Assembly: GCF_001194135.2 (NCBI RefSeq)
Contig: NC_068987.1
Span: 45,953,290-46,017,289 of the forward strand
DNA from: Octopus bimaculoides
Lineage: Eukaryota
Direction: 5' to 3'
Length of the DNA: 64,000 nucleotides
Part shown: positions 62,015 to 64,000 of the stretch, one piece after another
Layout of the letters: each line of letters starts with the position of its first letter
Numbering within the stretch: the stretch's first letter is position 1
Position numbers and translations under genes: made by a program
Notes under the pieces: generated by a model
What the model was told of the DNA's origin: nothing
Database searches by the model: none
The model's input: the letters and a program-made list of their open reading frames with translations, nothing else

Positions 62015-63135
62015 ACTTTACAGAACATACTTTTTACATGCAACAGTCCTCATGCATCTACATCATGTGCCCAAACCAGCACAATCTCCTCTCTTGCACA
62101 CTGCAAATAATTCCTCTTATGCCTAACTTTTCTCCCAATATTTTAGTGCTGTCACACATGTACACTGACATTGCTCATCCAGCAGAGCAAAACCTTTGTT
62201 CCTCTCTAGTTTTTGTGCTTCCTCTGCATTCAGAGCCCACATCTAACTACCATGTAGCATTGCAGTTTGTACACATGCATCATGCAATCTTTCTTTCACT
62301 CAAACACAGAGACCTTTCTCTATCCTATTCTTATTCTAGCAATTACTCTTTCTGCACAACCACCTCCATGGCTAATTAGGTCACTTAAGTGGCAGAAATT
62401 ATCTACAACTTCCAGAAACTCACCAGGACATTTGAGGAAATCAGTTTCCCATGTACCAACACTACTTCTCTGTTAACCTTCCTACTATTCCACTGCACCT
62501 TCTGTGTGACCAGAGCTTGCACTGGGTACATGAATGGAAGTTCTACTTACACCCTTCCTATATATTGAGCAAGGCCATTTACCTGAAGGGTGAAGGGTCC
62601 TGTCTGATTTCTTGCTTACTAGGACCTTGATCTTCACTAAGTTCATCTTAAGGCCCTTTGATTCCAGGTTTTGCTTCTATGCCTGGAATTTCGTTTCTAG
62701 TTCTGTTACAGATTCTGCTATGAGAGCAAGATCATCAGTATATAGAAATTCTCCTAGGGTTCCAGTCTTAAATTCCTTTGCTATGGTTTGGAGGACAATG
62801 ATGAATAAGAGGGAGCTGAGGACTGACCCTTGGTGGACACCTTCCTGTACACTAGATTCATCACTGTACCTATGACCAACTTTTACCTTACCAACAGTAT
62901 TCCTGTACATGGCTTGCACTGCTTTCACAAGCCATTCTTCTATCCCTAGTTTGCTCAGAGATCAACATATCACAGAGCAAGGTACTCTTTCAAAGGCTTT
63001 CTCTAGATCAACAAATGCCAAGGACCGTTGCTTGTTCTTACCTAAATACTTCCTCTGCAGTTGTCTGATTATGAAAATAGCCTCACTTATCTACCTCTCT
63101 GGGACAGAGCTAAACTGCATTTCATCATGGAACTT
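62015..63135 (-). mobile_element. RTE-clade LINE relic (RT core to C-terminus, internally deleted)
   Basis: DEMQF, AFVDLEKAFERVP, GVHQGSVLSSLLF, FLYTDDLALIA, then KWPCSI Cys-rich segment. Confidence 0.88.
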
Positions 63136-63280
63136 AAAAATTAAAACAGCCACCAAATTAAAACACAACTGGCTAGATATTGTTGAATGGTGCCACGAGA
63201 AAACGATATGCTCTATTGTGGAAATCCGTTGCTTGCTGGACACCAATATGGTCAGAAAATACAAGGAAAAGAGGACATCT

Positions 63281-63489
63281 CTTTTACTCTTTTACTTGTT
63301 TCAGTCATTTGACTGTGGCCATGCTGGAGCACCGCCTTTAGTCGAGCAAATCAACCCCGGGACTTATTCGTTGTAAGCCTAGTACTTATTCTATCGGTCT
63401 CTTTTTGCCGAACCGCTAAGTGACGGGGACATAAACACACCAGCATCGGTTGTCAAGCAATGCTAGGAGGACAAACACAGACACACAAG

Positions 63490-63523
<34 letters not shown>

Positions 63524-63700
63524 CATACATATGTACGATGGACTTCTTTCAGTTTCCGCCTACCAAATCCACTCACAAGGCTTTGGTCGGCCCGAGGCTA
63601 TAGTAGAAGACACTTGCCCAAGGTGCCACACAGTGGGACTGAACCCAGAACCATGTGGTTGGTAAGCAAGCTACTTACCACACAGCCACTCCTGCGCCTA
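63281..63700 (-). mobile_element. Young full-length tRNA-derived CORE-like SINE (resembles octopus OR-type SINEs)
   Basis: Minus strand A-box TGGCTGTGTGG (63678-63688), B-box GGTTCAGTCCC (63635-63645), CORE-like CACCTTGGGCAAGTGTCTTC, internal (CA)(TA) tract, (TAAAAG)2 tail, CpGs largely intact. Confidence 0.88.
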
Positions 63701-64000
63701 TTGACCATTGAAATACAAGTCTACCAGGAATTACAAATCTAGACCCAAGATTCACTTTCAGTTTCGTAACTATTATTATTGGAGCAACAGAATACATACC
63801 AACCCATCTAGAGCAAAGTGTGGCCACACATCAGTTCTCAGGAAGATAATGTAATTCCTTAATTTGTACACAACTAATAATGATCACTATATATGGGACT
63901 ATGATGTGGCATCTTAGACAAGTGTCTTCTACTATTGCCTCAAACTGGCTAAAGTCTTGGGAGTGGATTTAGTAGGTGGAAACTGAAAGCCTCTTGTATA

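Overview
AT-rich, microsatellite-saturated eukaryotic draft-assembly DNA. It has 14 N-gaps (4684-4811, 7287-7505, 10562-11032, 14709-15044, 16938-16948, 17283-17337, 18060-18940, 20620-21369, 33557-34066, 41973-42177, 47946-48893, 49400-49462, 50786-50967, 60032-60404), most of them flanked by (CA)n/(TA)n tracts. The SINE repertoire looks like an octopus (coleoid cephalopod) genome; this is pattern recognition, not a database result. I find no intact host gene, rRNA, functional tRNA or CRISPR array, so the window reads as intron or intergenic DNA. It contains many copies of at least four tRNA-derived SINE families and an RTE-tail short repeat. It also holds decayed non-LTR retrotransposons: a near full-length CR1 at 56.5-59.8 kb, an R4/Dong-like element inside (TAA)n, RTE and L2/CR1-group relics, and a Penelope-like GIY-YIG relic. 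DNA-element remnants include a Tc1/mariner 5' part, TTAA-type MITEs and a Helentron-like HINE. The most interesting signals are: (i) a cluster of hammerhead-ribozyme-like motifs at 45-49.3 kb, one with an intact catalytic core and a 7/8-bp stem I; (ii) several long foldback (inverted-repeat) elements, one enclosing a whole tRNA-like Pol III cassette and one combining a hammerhead relic with a B-box remnant; (iii) a perfect 18-bp tandem array grown inside a SINE; (iv) an exact 194-bp duplication of an old SINE body. Almost all ORFs in the supplied track are microsatellite or gap artefacts. SINE and LINE boundaries are approximate (about +/-10-20 bp) unless motifs are quoted.
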